Shown here piece after piece: positions 12,839 through 24,566 of a stretch of 64,000 bases of DNA. The notes below the pieces were generated by a model. The model made no database searches. It saw only the letters and a list, made by a program, of their open reading frames with translations, and was not told the DNA's origin. The translations under genes and the position numbers were made by a program. This DNA is from Octopus sinensis. Lineage: Eukaryota. The first letter of the stretch is position 1. Each line of letters begins with the position of its first letter. The DNA is taken from the NCBI RefSeq assembly GCF_006345805.1, contig NC_043011.1, positions 20,782,464 through 20,846,463 of the forward strand, in the 5' to 3' direction.

Positions 12839-13741
12839 CACCAGTATGCTCCGATGGATGTGTAACGTCAGTGTTCATAATCGACAGAGTGTAAGTACCT
12901 TGAGAGAAAAGTTGAACCTAAGAAGCATCGGTTGTTGTGTGCAAGAGAGACGTTTGCACTGGTATGGTCATGTGATGAGAATGGCTGAAGATAGTTGTGT
13001 GCGAAAGTGTCACACCCTAGCAGTTGAGGGGACCTGTGGAAGAGGTAGACCCAGGAAAACCTGGGTCGAGGTGGTGAAGCACGACCTTCGAACTTTAGGT
13101 CCCACCAAGGAAATGACCAGTGACCAAGACCTTTGGAAGTATGCTGTGTGTGAGAAAACCCGGCAAGACCAGTGAGAACAGTCAAAATCAAAATCAAACC
13201 AAATATCAGAAAGCAGAACCATATTAAGGTCGATCAACATCAGGGCCCCCGTGCAGGTGACACGTAAAAGCACCATCCGTTCGTGTCCGTTGCCAGCCTC
13301 GCCTGGCGCCCGTGTTGGTGGCACGTAAAAGCACCATCCGTTTGTGTCCGTTGCCAGCCTCGCCTGGCCCCCGTGCCGGTGACACATAAAAGCACCATCC
13401 ATTTCGTGGCCGTTTGCCAGCTCTGTCTGGCCCCCGTGTTGGTGGCACGTAAAAGCACCATCCGTTCGTGTCCATTGCCAGCCTCGCCTGGCCCCGTGCC
13501 GTGACACGTAAAAGCACCATCCGTTCGTGGCCGTTTGCCAGCTCTGTCTGGCACCTGTGCGGGTGGCACGTAAAAGCACCCACTACACTCACGGAGTGGT
13601 TGGCGTTAGGAAGGGCATCCAGCCGTAGAAACACTGCCAGATCTGACTGGGCCTGATGAAGCCTTCCAGCTTCACAGACCCCAGTTGAACCGTCCAACCC
13701 ATGCTAGCATGGAGAACGGACACTAAATGATGATGATGATG
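12839..13741 (+). mobile_element. RTE LINE 3' end: ORF2 C-terminus, 61-bp tandem array and (GAT)n tail
   Basis: MLRWMCNVS...RRLHWYGHVMRM...GRGRPRKTW, then five 61-bp units, the ttggcgttaggaagggcatcc core, the palindrome CCATGCTAGCATGG and (GAT)n. Confidence 0.88.
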
Positions 13742-14379
13742 TTTCAAGTTTGCCCAATATATAATATGAAATGCATCCATTGCATAAACCTTCTTGACTT
13801 AAGGCATATATTTAACTCAAATCAAAAATTCTGGTACTGCATACTACTTCTTAGTGTAACACGAAATAACTATATATATATATATAAATGTAAGATCCAA
13901 GGATGGAGGTGTAGGAAGAATTTGGCTTCAAGCAATCTGTAGGAAATATGAAAAATAGCTTTCAGGAACAATAATGGTTTACTGAGACGGAAGGTTCTTT
14001 TACTCTTTTACTTGTTTCAGTCATCTGACTGCAGCCATGCTGGAGCACCACCTTATGTCGAGCAGATCAACCCCAGGACTTATTCTTTGTAAGCCTAGTA
14101 CTTATTCTATTGCTCTCTATTCCCGAACCGCTAAGTTACGGGGACGTAAACACACCAGCATCGGTTGTCAAGCAATGTTGCGGGGGACAAACACAGACAC
14201 ACATACATATACACACACATACATACATACATACATATATATAAATATATGTGTGTGGTGTGTGTGTGTTTATGCATTTTGTGTGGGTTGGTATTGAGTA
14301 TGTGTTTTGTGGTGTGTGTTGTATATACATATACATGTGTTTATGTGTGTGTGTATATGTATATATATACATATATATA

Positions 14380-14425
<46 letters not shown>

Positions 14426-14440
14426 TATAATATATTATAT

Positions 14441-14474
<34 letters not shown>

Positions 14475-14521
14475 ATATTATATACATACATATTATGTAT
14501 ATATAATATATATATATATAT

Positions 14522-14563
<42 letters not shown>

Positions 14564-14979
14564 TATATATATATACTTATATATACACACCCACACCACA
14601 CTACATACATATATACAACGTGTACCAAATCCACTCACAAGCCTTTTTTTGGCCCGAGTCTATAGTAGAGAGTATTGTGTTTGTGCAAGTGGAAAATAAT
14701 CTTATTCAAAAATACAGATGACAACTAAACATACTCTAACATACCCTGCCAAGCACACATCCAAAACAAACATGCACAGAGACACATACAGATATTCAAA
14801 ATCCTACACACACAAAAACAATGCCAACCTTAGACGCAAGTACACTTGCACAAACACAATAGCCTCACACTAGAACACAAACCCTCACACATCCCAGAAA
14901 AAAAACACATGCACATATACACTTGCAATAATATCTTAGCATCCATAACCAACACTTTCACACATATATACACATGTGA

Positions 14980-15381
14980 GGCACAGGAGTGGCTGTGTGG
15001 TAAGTAGCTTGTTTACCAACCACATGGTTCCGGGTTCAGTCCCACTGCATGGCACCTTGGGCAAGTGTCTTCTACTATAGCCTCGGGCTGACCAAAGCCT
15101 TCTGAGTGGATTCGGTAGATGGAAACTGAAAGACGCCTATTGTATATATGTATATATATATATGTATGTGTGTGTGTTTGTGTGTCTGTGTTTGTCCCCC
15201 TAGCATTGCTTGACAAACCGATGCTGGTGTGTTTTGTCCCCGTCACTTAGCGGTTCGGCAAAAAGAGACCATGAATAAGTACTGGGCTTCACAGATAAGT
15301 CCCTGGGTTGAGTTGCTCGATTAAAGGCGGTGCTCCAGCATGGCTGCAGTCAATGACTGAAACAAGTAAAAGAGTAAAAAG
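14980..15381 (+). mobile_element. SINE1
   Basis: Full family match. Confidence 0.85.
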
Positions 15382-16145
15382 TATGTGAACACAGACAGAT
15401 GGCACACCCCTACACACCCACCCCACCTCCGAAATATATAAATCACATCCACACAAACATAACCACACACACACACACGCACACACAGATACACAAACAC
15501 GCAACTACAACACAACCCACACAAACACATACGCATTTACACACACCTGTACACACACACACACACACACACATAATACGCCCGCACCCCAGTAGTAATA
15601 TCACACACACACACTCACATTCAAAAGGAAAAAAACACACATACACACACATTACAACCACAACAAACATTCACAAACATACATACACACAAGCATGCAC
15701 ACGCACACAATGACACACACCTCCCCGACAAATACAAGACACAAACACATACACACACTAGCGCACACGCAACACACTAACAAACATTAACCACACACAC
15801 ACATACACACACACAAACGGGCACACATATACACACACCAACCTACCAAATTTTAAAAACACACACAGACACATCTATTTACACCACAATGGACCCTGGG
15901 ACCAATCAAAAACGGCCCCCACACACACAAACACATGTATGTATATATATACACACGCACACAAAGACTCACACACTCACACCATTCTGACTCCCATACA
16001 GACACACATACAAACAAACACATACACACACACTAGCGCACACACGCAACACACTAAAAAACATTACACAACACATACACACAATACAACGGGCACACAT
16101 ATACACCGCACAAACCATCCTAAAAATTTTATATATAATATATAT

Positions 16146-17090
16146 TAATTAATAAGGGTGAGAGAATTAGATACTACTTTAATAGTATATCTATTCAACA
16201 CCAAGTGGCCTAGTGCCTCCGAGAAACCTGGATTATTATAATATTTTATAATATATTACAATATTTTACAAAATAAATATAAGAGAGTGGTCACTATATG
16301 GCTCACTCTAGCACCAGTTAATCCAAAAGGTTTCAACCACAAAAATACATGTTTCCCATGAAAGTCAGTACGATTGTTAGCTCACACGGACAGGGCAAAT
16401 AAAAAATAACAAAAATACAGATTATTTTGGACAATTGTTTCGCTATTAATGAATTAAATGTAATTTTACTTACAAAAAATCCACTTGTAGCTCGTCAGCC
16501 AAAACTATCTGGATGAAATCCACTCAATCACACGCCAGATTTTACCATAACGATAATACGCGTGTGGTTCAATTGATTACATCCGACGTTATAATTCAAA
16601 TGCCCCAACTAACAGCGCGCCAAACTTTCACGGAAAACAAATACAGCATTTAGAAATAAATGCAGCATAATTATAATTAATTAATAAGGGTGAGAGAATT
16701 AGATACTAATTTAATAGTATATCTATTCAACACCAAGTGGCCTAGTGCTCCGAGAAACCTGGATTATTATAATATTTTATAATATATTATCAATATTTTT
16801 ACAAAATAAATAAGAGAGTGGTCACTATATGGCTCACTAGCACCAGTTAATCCAAAAGGTTTCAACCACAAAAATCATGTTCCCATGAAGTCAGTACGAT
16901 GTTAGCTCACGGAAACGTAGCTCACAACGGACAGGGCAATACAAATAATTTTTGTTATTTTTTATTTGCCCTTTCCGTGTGAGCTAACATCGTACTGACT
17001 TTCATGGGAAACATGTATTTTTGTGGTGAAACCTTTTGGATTAACTGGGTAGAGTGAGCCCATATAGTGACCACTCTCTTATATTTATTT
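16146..17090. repeat. 532-nt unit in 1.5 tandem copies plus an inverted segment
   Basis: aataagggtgagagaattag at 16151 and 16683; 16950-17090 is the reverse complement of about 16270-16410. Confidence 0.8.
16425..16504 (-). ncRNA. Type I hammerhead ribozyme in a 532-nt tandem unit
   Basis: Minus strand: UUUUGG CUGACGA GCUA-(42 nt)-UAGC GAAA C-AAUU-GUC/CAAAA. Palindromic ACAAUUGU stem III; one stem I mismatch or bulge. Confidence 0.75.
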
Positions 17091-17287
17091 TATATATATA
17101 GATATATAGATATAAACTAATAATAAATATTAGGGAATAAATCCAAATTTACAGGGAAAAAATCAGATTTAGATTAAATCCAATTTTATAGTAAAATATT
17201 ATATAATATAAATTCGAGACAAACCACTATTTTGCAAAACAAACAAGGAAAGACTAATCAATCATACATAAAAATTTTAATATAAAA

Positions 17288-17322
<35 letters not shown>

Positions 17323-17629
17323 ATATATATATATACATACAGTTGTAACAATGAAGTAAAGCAAATGTGATATTCTGAAATTATTTAATACATACGTTTT
17401 AAGTTTGCCTAATATATAATATGAAATGCATCCATTACATAAAACTTCTTGACTAAGGCATATATTTAACTCAAATCAAAAAAATTCTGGTACTCATACT
17501 ACTTCTTAGTGTACACGAAATAACTACACACTCACACACACACACAACCAGTATGTGACCTCGTGAGTACCACACCGGGATTTTTTTTTCCTCTGTCTTC
17601 CCTTCTCGGAATCTTTCCTTCCTTCTCCT

Positions 17630-17664
17630 GTTTCCGACGAAGAGCTCCGCTCGAAACGTTAAAC
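17630..17664 (+). ncRNA. Minimal hammerhead motif, CCGA (U4C) variant
   Basis: GUUU CCGACGA A GAGC-ucc-GCUC GAAA CG UU/AAAC. Confidence 0.6.
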
Positions 17665-17764
17665 CCTCCTTCTTCCCTTCTTTCCTGAGCGTCCAATAAT
17701 ACTTTATTTGTTCCACGTCCTTGCGTGTGTTTTTTTTTGTTTTCTTGTTTGGATTAACTGTGTA

Positions 17765-17802
17765 TCTTTCTGTTGAAGAGCGTAGGCTCGAAATGTTAAA
17801 GA
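17765..17802 (+). ncRNA. Degenerate minimal hammerhead, tandem with the one at 17630
   Basis: UCUUU CUGUUGA A GAGC-guag-GCUC GAAA UG UU/AAAGA. Stems I and II intact; core A6 mutated. Confidence 0.5.
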
Positions 17803-17930
17803 CTTGTTTTATTTATATTTCCTGAGCGCCATACTAATACAATTGTTTGTTTGTATTCCACCTGCCTTCGTTTTTGTTTTATTTCCGTAAACCTGGCCTC
17901 GTCTTTTGTCTATTTCATAAAGCTTCCCGT

Positions 17931-17963
<33 letters not shown>

Positions 17964-18270
17964 ATATATATTTAAACATATCAAATAGGGTAATAAATAA
18001 ATTATTATTACCAGTGGCCTAGCACAAAAGACAAACTAGTCATTAGAGACATTGCCAGATCAGACGCGGCCTGGTGCAGCCTTCTGGCTTCCCAGACCCC
18101 AGTTGAACAGTCCAACCCATGCTAGCATGGAAAGCGGACGCTAAAAATAGGTAGAAACTGATCGGTCTGGGATTTAGCTGAAATGGTAAATGTTTTTAAT
18201 TTTCATTCCTTTCATGAATTTATCCCTTTTTGTGTTTCTAGCACTACGCTTCCTTACTTGGAAGCCTTTT

Positions 18271-18313
<43 letters not shown>

Positions 18314-18843
18314 GTAAGATCCAAGGATGGAGGTGTAGGAAGAAGATGATTTACTGAGGCGGAAGGTTCTTTTGCTCTTTTACTTGTTTCAGTCATTTGA
18401 TTGCAGCTATGCTGGAGCACCACTTTAAGTTTAGCAAATCGGCCCCAGGACTTATTCTTTGTAAGCCTAGTACTTATTCTATCAGTCTCTATTCCCGAAC
18501 CGCTAAGTTACGGAGACGTAAATACACCAGCATCAGTTGTCAAGCAATTTTGCGGGGTACAAATACAGACACACAAACATATACACATACATATGTATAT
18601 ATATAGCCAGTTGGAGGAGATGTTCTCCTGGGGCTACAACCTACAGTAACACCCACCCTTAGTGGTTAGCCATATTGAGATGGCAAATATACCTCACATT
18701 GTCATGCAGTTACTATTTATACCTCGTTCAGAGATTTATTATTGCTTGTATACACTTTTTCAAGATCAGTGACGAAAAGTTACTGGGAAAAGGATATAAA
18801 TATTTGCCTTGGCAACTCCTTTCAATGAAGACCGTTGATTGTC

Positions 18844-18886
18844 GTAAGCTGATGACGGGTCAATACCCAGAAACTGCAGTCCGTGC
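18844..18886 (+). ncRNA. Minimal type I hammerhead in a 355-nt repeat unit
   Basis: GUAAG CUGAUGA C GGGU-caau-ACCC A GAAA C-UGCA-GUC/CGUGC. Palindromic ACUGCAGU; core intact; stem I imperfect. Confidence 0.75.
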
Positions 18887-19052
18887 ATATCACTTAGGTT
18901 GACGAGGGAAGGATGACCTCCCTTTGCAAATGCCAATAGGGCACAGAAAGTGTGCCTATAGCCAGCTGGAGGAAATGTTCTCCTGGGGCTACAAGCTACA
19001 GTAACACCCACCCTTAGTGGTTAGCCATATTGAGATGGCAAATATAACTCAC

Positions 19053-19105
<53 letters not shown>

Positions 19106-19403
19106 CATATATACAACGGGCTTCTTTCAGTTTCCATCTACCAAATCCACCCACAAGGCTTTGGTCAGCCCAAGGTCATAGTAAAAGACACTTGCCCAAG
19201 GTGCCATGCAGTGCAACTGAACCCAGAACCATGTGGTTGGTAAGCACACTACTTACCATACAGCCACTTCTGTGGTTGTGGATATTTTTGTATCAAAGAA
19301 TGATAAGTGGAAACAAATTCTTTTTATATTTCACAGACAGCAACCAGGGTTGTCAGGCATGTGAATAAGAATACAAGAGTTAAGGAATGGAGTCGATAAG
19401 ATC

Positions 19404-19490
19404 CGGGTTACATATGTTTCATAGTGAGTGGAACCTTGGAAGTGGTAAATATCCAAGTGAGGTGTATGCTGCAGGCTACTCATCAGGCCA
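19404..19490 (-). ncRNA. Type I hammerhead motif, paralog of 11327
   Basis: CUGAUGA GUAG...CUAU GAAA C-AUAU-GUA/ACCC with palindromic ACAUAUGU. Confidence 0.65.
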
Positions 19491-20415
19491 AGGGTATCTT
19501 GGTTGTATGAAAGTTTCCATTGTCGCAAGACATTAACACACAGAAGATATATATATATATATATAATAGGCATAGGAATGACTGTACAGTTATACATACA
19601 CCAAGTCTCAAGAAGACCTGCTCACTACAGCAGTATTGATATCAGTGCTGGTGCTGCGTTAAAAGTACCCAGCATACTCTATGAGGTGGATGGTATTAGG
19701 AAGGGCATCCAGCCATAAAAATCATGCCAGAACAGACAATTGAAGCCTTGTGAAGCCCAATTCAAACTGTCCACTCCATATCAGCATGGAAAACGGGCAT
19801 CATGATGATGATGATATATACATACATATATTTGAACTAAAATTTATATTGTTAATATTGTCATAACTTGATTTTCATGTCCTGATTAATAGAGCTAGAA
19901 TTAATGTCAATAGGGTTAATATAGGTAATTTTTTCTTTATAGACTGCTTTCAGTAAGGCAGAGATATAAAATTTGGCTTTATCGTTGAAGATATCAACAT
20001 TAGCAGATTAATCTAGAAAGTCTAAGTGAAATATTTCCTACTAAATTCTTTGTAATAGCTATAGAGTGATTACTGAAAGAGCTAATATATTTTAAATTAG
20101 TTGAGGGTTTATGGTATGGGAAATATGAATTATTATGTAAGTTAGGGGTAATATCCAAAAAGTTGGCTTTAATTATATCATTGTCAAGCTAATTTGAAGA
20201 GAAGATTTCATTATTTTACGTCATTTTATTCATTCTGGAATAATACGAATGTTCTCTCCAAAACATATGTCAGAAGTGTAAAGATTTGAATAACACCTGC
20301 ATTAAACTCCATTTATTTATTTATTAATCTATGTAATACAGAAACCTATATATGTGACTAGAAAAAAAACATCCACCTTTTTTTTTATTTGTCTATAACA
20401 CAGGAGTGTGATAAA

Positions 20416-20590
20416 GGCGCAGGAGTGGCTGTGTGGTAAGTAGCTTGCTTACCAACCACATGGTTCCGGGTTCAATCCCACTGCGTGGCATCTTGGGCAA
20501 GTGTCTTCTGCTATAGCCCCGGGCCGACCAATGCCTTGTGAGTGGATTTGGTAGACGGTAACTGAAAGAAGCCCGTCGTATATATGTATG

Positions 20591-20668
<78 letters not shown>

Positions 20669-20882
20669 TGTGTCTGTGTTTGTACCTCTAGCATTGCTTG
20701 ACAACAGATGCTGGTGTGTTTATGTCCCCGTAACTTAGCGGTTCGGCAAAAGAGACCGATAGAATAAGTACTTACAAAAGAATAAGTCTCGAGGTCGATT
20801 TGCTCGACTAAAAGGCGGTGCTCCAGCATGGCCGCAGTCCAGTGACTGAAACAAGTAAAAGAGTAAAAGAGTAAAAGAGAGA
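20416..20882 (+). mobile_element. SINE1
   Basis: Full family match. Confidence 0.85.
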
Positions 20883-20952
20883 GTACACCACAATTTGTTG
20901 TCTCCTATTTTACAGTTTTTTCTTTTTGTTTAGTTGTTTTTTTTTCTTACAG

Positions 20953-21188
20953 ATCAATAAGCACAGAGTAAATAGCAAAAGAAGAAGAAGAAGAAGAAGA
21001 AGACAAGAAAAACACAAAAAGACGGAAAGCGAAAAAAATCTTGAAATCACACAAAAAAGGAATTGAAAGAAAGTTCTTGACTGATCAGCTTCTTTGCGCA
21101 ATGACACATCTTAAAACAACAAGTGAAAGAAATGTTTTTACCATCTCTGATGCCTCTATGTTTCCATTTGCCAAGAAGAAATTTATGA
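20953..21188 (+). other. Candidate exon
   Basis: Long polypyrimidine tract plus cttacag acceptor and a GTAAGT donor. One frame reads EEEEEDKKNTKRRKAKK...FPFAKKKFM but has an in-frame TAA near its start. Confidence 0.4.
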
Positions 21189-21226
21189 GTAAGTGTTATT
21201 CTTTATAACTTGATGGATTTTGGAAG

Positions 21227-21720
21227 GTGGTGAGCTGGCAGAAACATTAGTATGCCAGGCAAAATGCTTAGCAGTATTTCGTCTGTTACGGCGGCAAGTT
21301 GGCAGAATCGTTAGCACAACGGACAAAATGCTTAGTGGTGTTTCGTCTGCCGTTACATTCTGAGTTCAAATTCTGCCGAGGTCGACTTTGCCTTTTCATC
21401 CTTTCGGGGTCGATAAATTAAGTACCAGTTACACACTGGGGTCGATGTAATCGACTTAATCTGTTTGTCTGTCCTTGATTGTCCCCTCTATGTTTAGCCC
21501 CTTGTGGGAAGTAAAGAAATAAGAAACATTAGTACCCCCAGGCAAAATGCTTAGCAGTATTTCGTCTGTATTTACATTCTGAGTGCAAGTTCCACCAAGG
21601 TCTACTTTGCCTTTCATCCTTTCGGGGTCAATGAATTAAGTACCAGTTCTGTACTGGGGTCGATCTAATCGACTGGCCGCCCTCACCAAAAATTTTGGGT
21701 CTTGTGCATTGAGTAGAAGA
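21227..21720 (+). mobile_element. SINE2 cluster (three partial or full copies); others at 39108-39512 (-), 40009-40240 (+), 50276-50462 (+) and 56581-56811 (-)
   Basis: Family match. Confidence 0.82.
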
Positions 21721-22415
21721 GAATAACTTGATAGACTTTGGATTCTGGTTTTGTTTCTGGATTCTTTTTTTTGTTTGTTTTTTGTTGTTGTTTTTTTGGA
21801 ATTATTGTAAGAAATAGAAGTTATCCCTTCCTCTATTAGAAACAAACTATGGAGGTTATAAGAATATCAGAATACAACAGAATACATATATACACACATA
21901 CATACATACATACATTACATATATACATACATACACACACATACACATACATACATACATACATACATACATACATACATACATACATAGAATACCACAA
22001 AATATTGTGAGCTAATAGTTATACTCACTTAAGCATTGATGTCCTATTAGAACAAACTATGCTATGGTAGATACAATGAGAGAAACTCTCACATTGGCTT
22101 TTGGTACACACCTCTTGGTATCAATACTGTCTCTGTTGCTCATATATATTTAACAAGATATCGTATTTAACAAAATATTGTATTTAATAACTCTATCAAT
22201 TGGCCACCCATAAGTAGGTGTATTCAACCAACAACAGATATCATCCAGCATAACTGACGTTGATAATAATATAAACTCAATATATATGTATAATATATGT
22301 AGTATGTGTGTAAGTATATGTATAATATATAGTATGTGTGTATGTATAAGTATAATATGTGTGTGTATGGTGTGTATGCATATGTATCATATATATATAT
22401 ATATATTATATGTAT

Positions 22416-22458
<43 letters not shown>

Positions 22459-22461
22459 ATA

Positions 22462-22872
22462 GGCGCAGGAGTGGCTGTGTGGTAAGTAGCTTGCTTACCA
22501 ACCACATGGTTCTGGGTTCAGTCCCACTGCGTGGCATCTTGGGCAAGTGTCTTCTACTATAGCCTCGGGCTGACCAAAGCCTTATGAGTGGATTTGGTAG
22601 ACGGAAACTGAAAGAAGCCCGTCGTATATATATATATATATGTGTGTGTGTGCGTGTATGTTTGTGTGTCTGTGTTTGTCCCCCTAGCATTGCTTGACAA
22701 CCGATGCTTGTGTGTTTATGTCCCCGTCACTTAGTGGTTCGGCAAAACAGACTGATAGAATAAGTACTGGGCTTACAAAGAATAAGTTCCGGGGTCAAGT
22801 TGCTCGACTAGAGGCGGTGCTCCAGCATGACCGCAGTCAAATGACTGAAACAAGTAAAAAGTAAAAAAAGAG
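22462..22872 (+). mobile_element. SINE1
   Basis: Full family match. Confidence 0.85.
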
Positions 22873-22899
22873 TATATATATATATATATATTATATATA

Positions 22900-22937
<38 letters not shown>

Positions 22938-23220
22938 GGAATTAGAGATAAAACCACTACCATGCAATTCAGTGATAGACATAAACCAAAAAAAAAAAAA
23001 AATTATACATATATATATATTATATTAATTATATTTATATCATTTGTTATTTATGTATTGGTTTATGTCTATCACTGTTTGAATTGCATGGTAGTGGTTT
23101 TATCTCTAATTCATATTTTGTATATTTATACTGTGAAATTTGATTTAATACTAAATCGAATTTTTCCCTGTAAGTTTGGAGCTATACTCCCTAATGTCAT
23201 ATATATATATTTTAACAAAA

Positions 23221-23258
23221 CTGTCCGACGAACGGGAAATTGAAACTTAGAGTAACAG
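23221..23258 (+). ncRNA. Degenerate hammerhead, CCGA variant
   Basis: CUGU CCGACGA ... GAAA CU-uag-AGUA/ACAG. Stems I and III pair; stem II decayed. Confidence 0.45.
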
Positions 23259-23358
23259 GTTTTGTTGAATTTCTGCTGCTTTTAAATAAAGCATATTACT
23301 CTACCCCTGGTATTTGAGTACTCTTTTTTCCACCTTTTTTCACATATATGTTTACTCC

Positions 23359-23433
<75 letters not shown>

Positions 23434-23506
23434 ATTATATATTATATATATATATATAAATAAATGAAAGAATGGAATTGAACGACGATTTAACAAAATT
23501 CCTTTA

Positions 23507-23589
23507 TTCTCGACATATGTTTCGAAGGCTGCATATTCCTAATTTCGAAGGAATAAGGGGTGCATTATGCCGCCTTCTCATCAGGAAAA
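23507..23589 (-). ncRNA. Type I hammerhead ribozyme with canonical core
   Basis: Minus strand: UUUUC CUGAUGA GAAGGCgGCAUA...UAUGCaGCCUUC GAAA C-AUAU-GUC/GAGAA. Stem II 11 of 12 bp, stem I 5 bp, palindromic stem III, GUC triplet. Confidence 0.85.
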
Positions 23590-23996
23590 ACAAGGAACTT
23601 ATGTCAGCATCAAGATGAACAAAAACTTCTATATATATATATTGTGAGTGTGTGTGTGTGTGTATGAATGATATATATTATACATCTATATAGGGGTTCT
23701 GGTACTCTATCAGTTATGATGATGGGGTTTTGCAGTACATATTTTCAGCTATGTGGTTGGTTGGTCTGTTTGGGAGTTAAGTGTCATAACAAAAGTCATA
23801 ACACAGTACTGCTGACAAGATTTAACCGTTTAGCATTTAATCTGGCCATATCCAGTCAAAATGTTCTACTTGTTTCATGCTCAAACTGGCCAAATGCGGC
23901 TTCTTACACCTACCCTACAATGTCATACTAAATGTAAACAATTGCATCATCAAAATCTCAAAGCTATGATTTATTCAAAAGAATGTGAATAAGTTA

Positions 23997-24161
23997 GGCG
24001 TAGGAGTGGCTGTGTGGTAAGTAACTTGCTTCCCAACCACATGGTTCTGGGTTCAATCCCAATGTGTGGCGCCTTGGGCAAGTGTCTTCTACTATAGCTT
24101 CGGGCCAACCAAAGCCTTGTGAGTGGATTTGGTAGACGGAAACTGAAAGAAGCCCGTCGTA

Positions 24162-24200
<39 letters not shown>

Positions 24201-24392
24201 GTGTGTGTGTATGTTTGTGTGTCTGTGTTTGTCCACCACCCACAACATCGCTTGACAACTGATGCTGGTGTGTTTACGTCCCCGTAGACCGATAGAACAA
24301 GTACTTGGCTCCCAAAGAATAAGTCCTGGTGTCGATTTGCTCAACTAAAGGCGGTGCTCCAACATGGCCACAGTCAAATGACTGAAACTATA
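23997..24392 (+). mobile_element. SINE1
   Basis: Family match with a small internal deletion. Confidence 0.83.
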
Positions 24393-24566
24393 AAATTTGA
24401 AACCATTATTGTTGTTGTTGCTGTTGATGTTATTGTTGTTGTGTTGTAGCTATTATTGCTGTACACATGCGTTGTTATTGGCAACAACACAACAACAACA
24501 ACAACACAACAACAACATCGAAAAATACCTTAAGAATGAGAACCCAAGTTCGAAATTTTTCCCAAG

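Larger units (their letters stand above)
10289..19830 (+). repeat. Local segmental triplication: 10289-11745, 12679-14230 (partial) and 17340-19830
   Basis: cagttgtaacaatgaag...aaatgtaagatccaaggatggagg plus the same minus-strand SINE1 recur in all three copies. Confidence 0.85.

Noticed and set aside
13247-13580. CRISPR-like appearance (constant motif with regular spacing)
   Set aside because: The spacers are near-identical, there are no cas genes, and the context is a eukaryotic LINE UTR.
13650-13690. CTGATGA in the RTE tail as a hammerhead
   Set aside because: No stem II or GAAA follows, and other copies read ctggtgca.
13010-13697. Overlapping 109-189 aa repetitive ORFs
   Set aside because: They arise from the 61-bp array in the RTE 3' UTR; no domain similarity.
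16340-16375. Minus-strand CUGAC...GAAACAUGUA
   Set aside because: Lacks G8/A9 and has no stem I.
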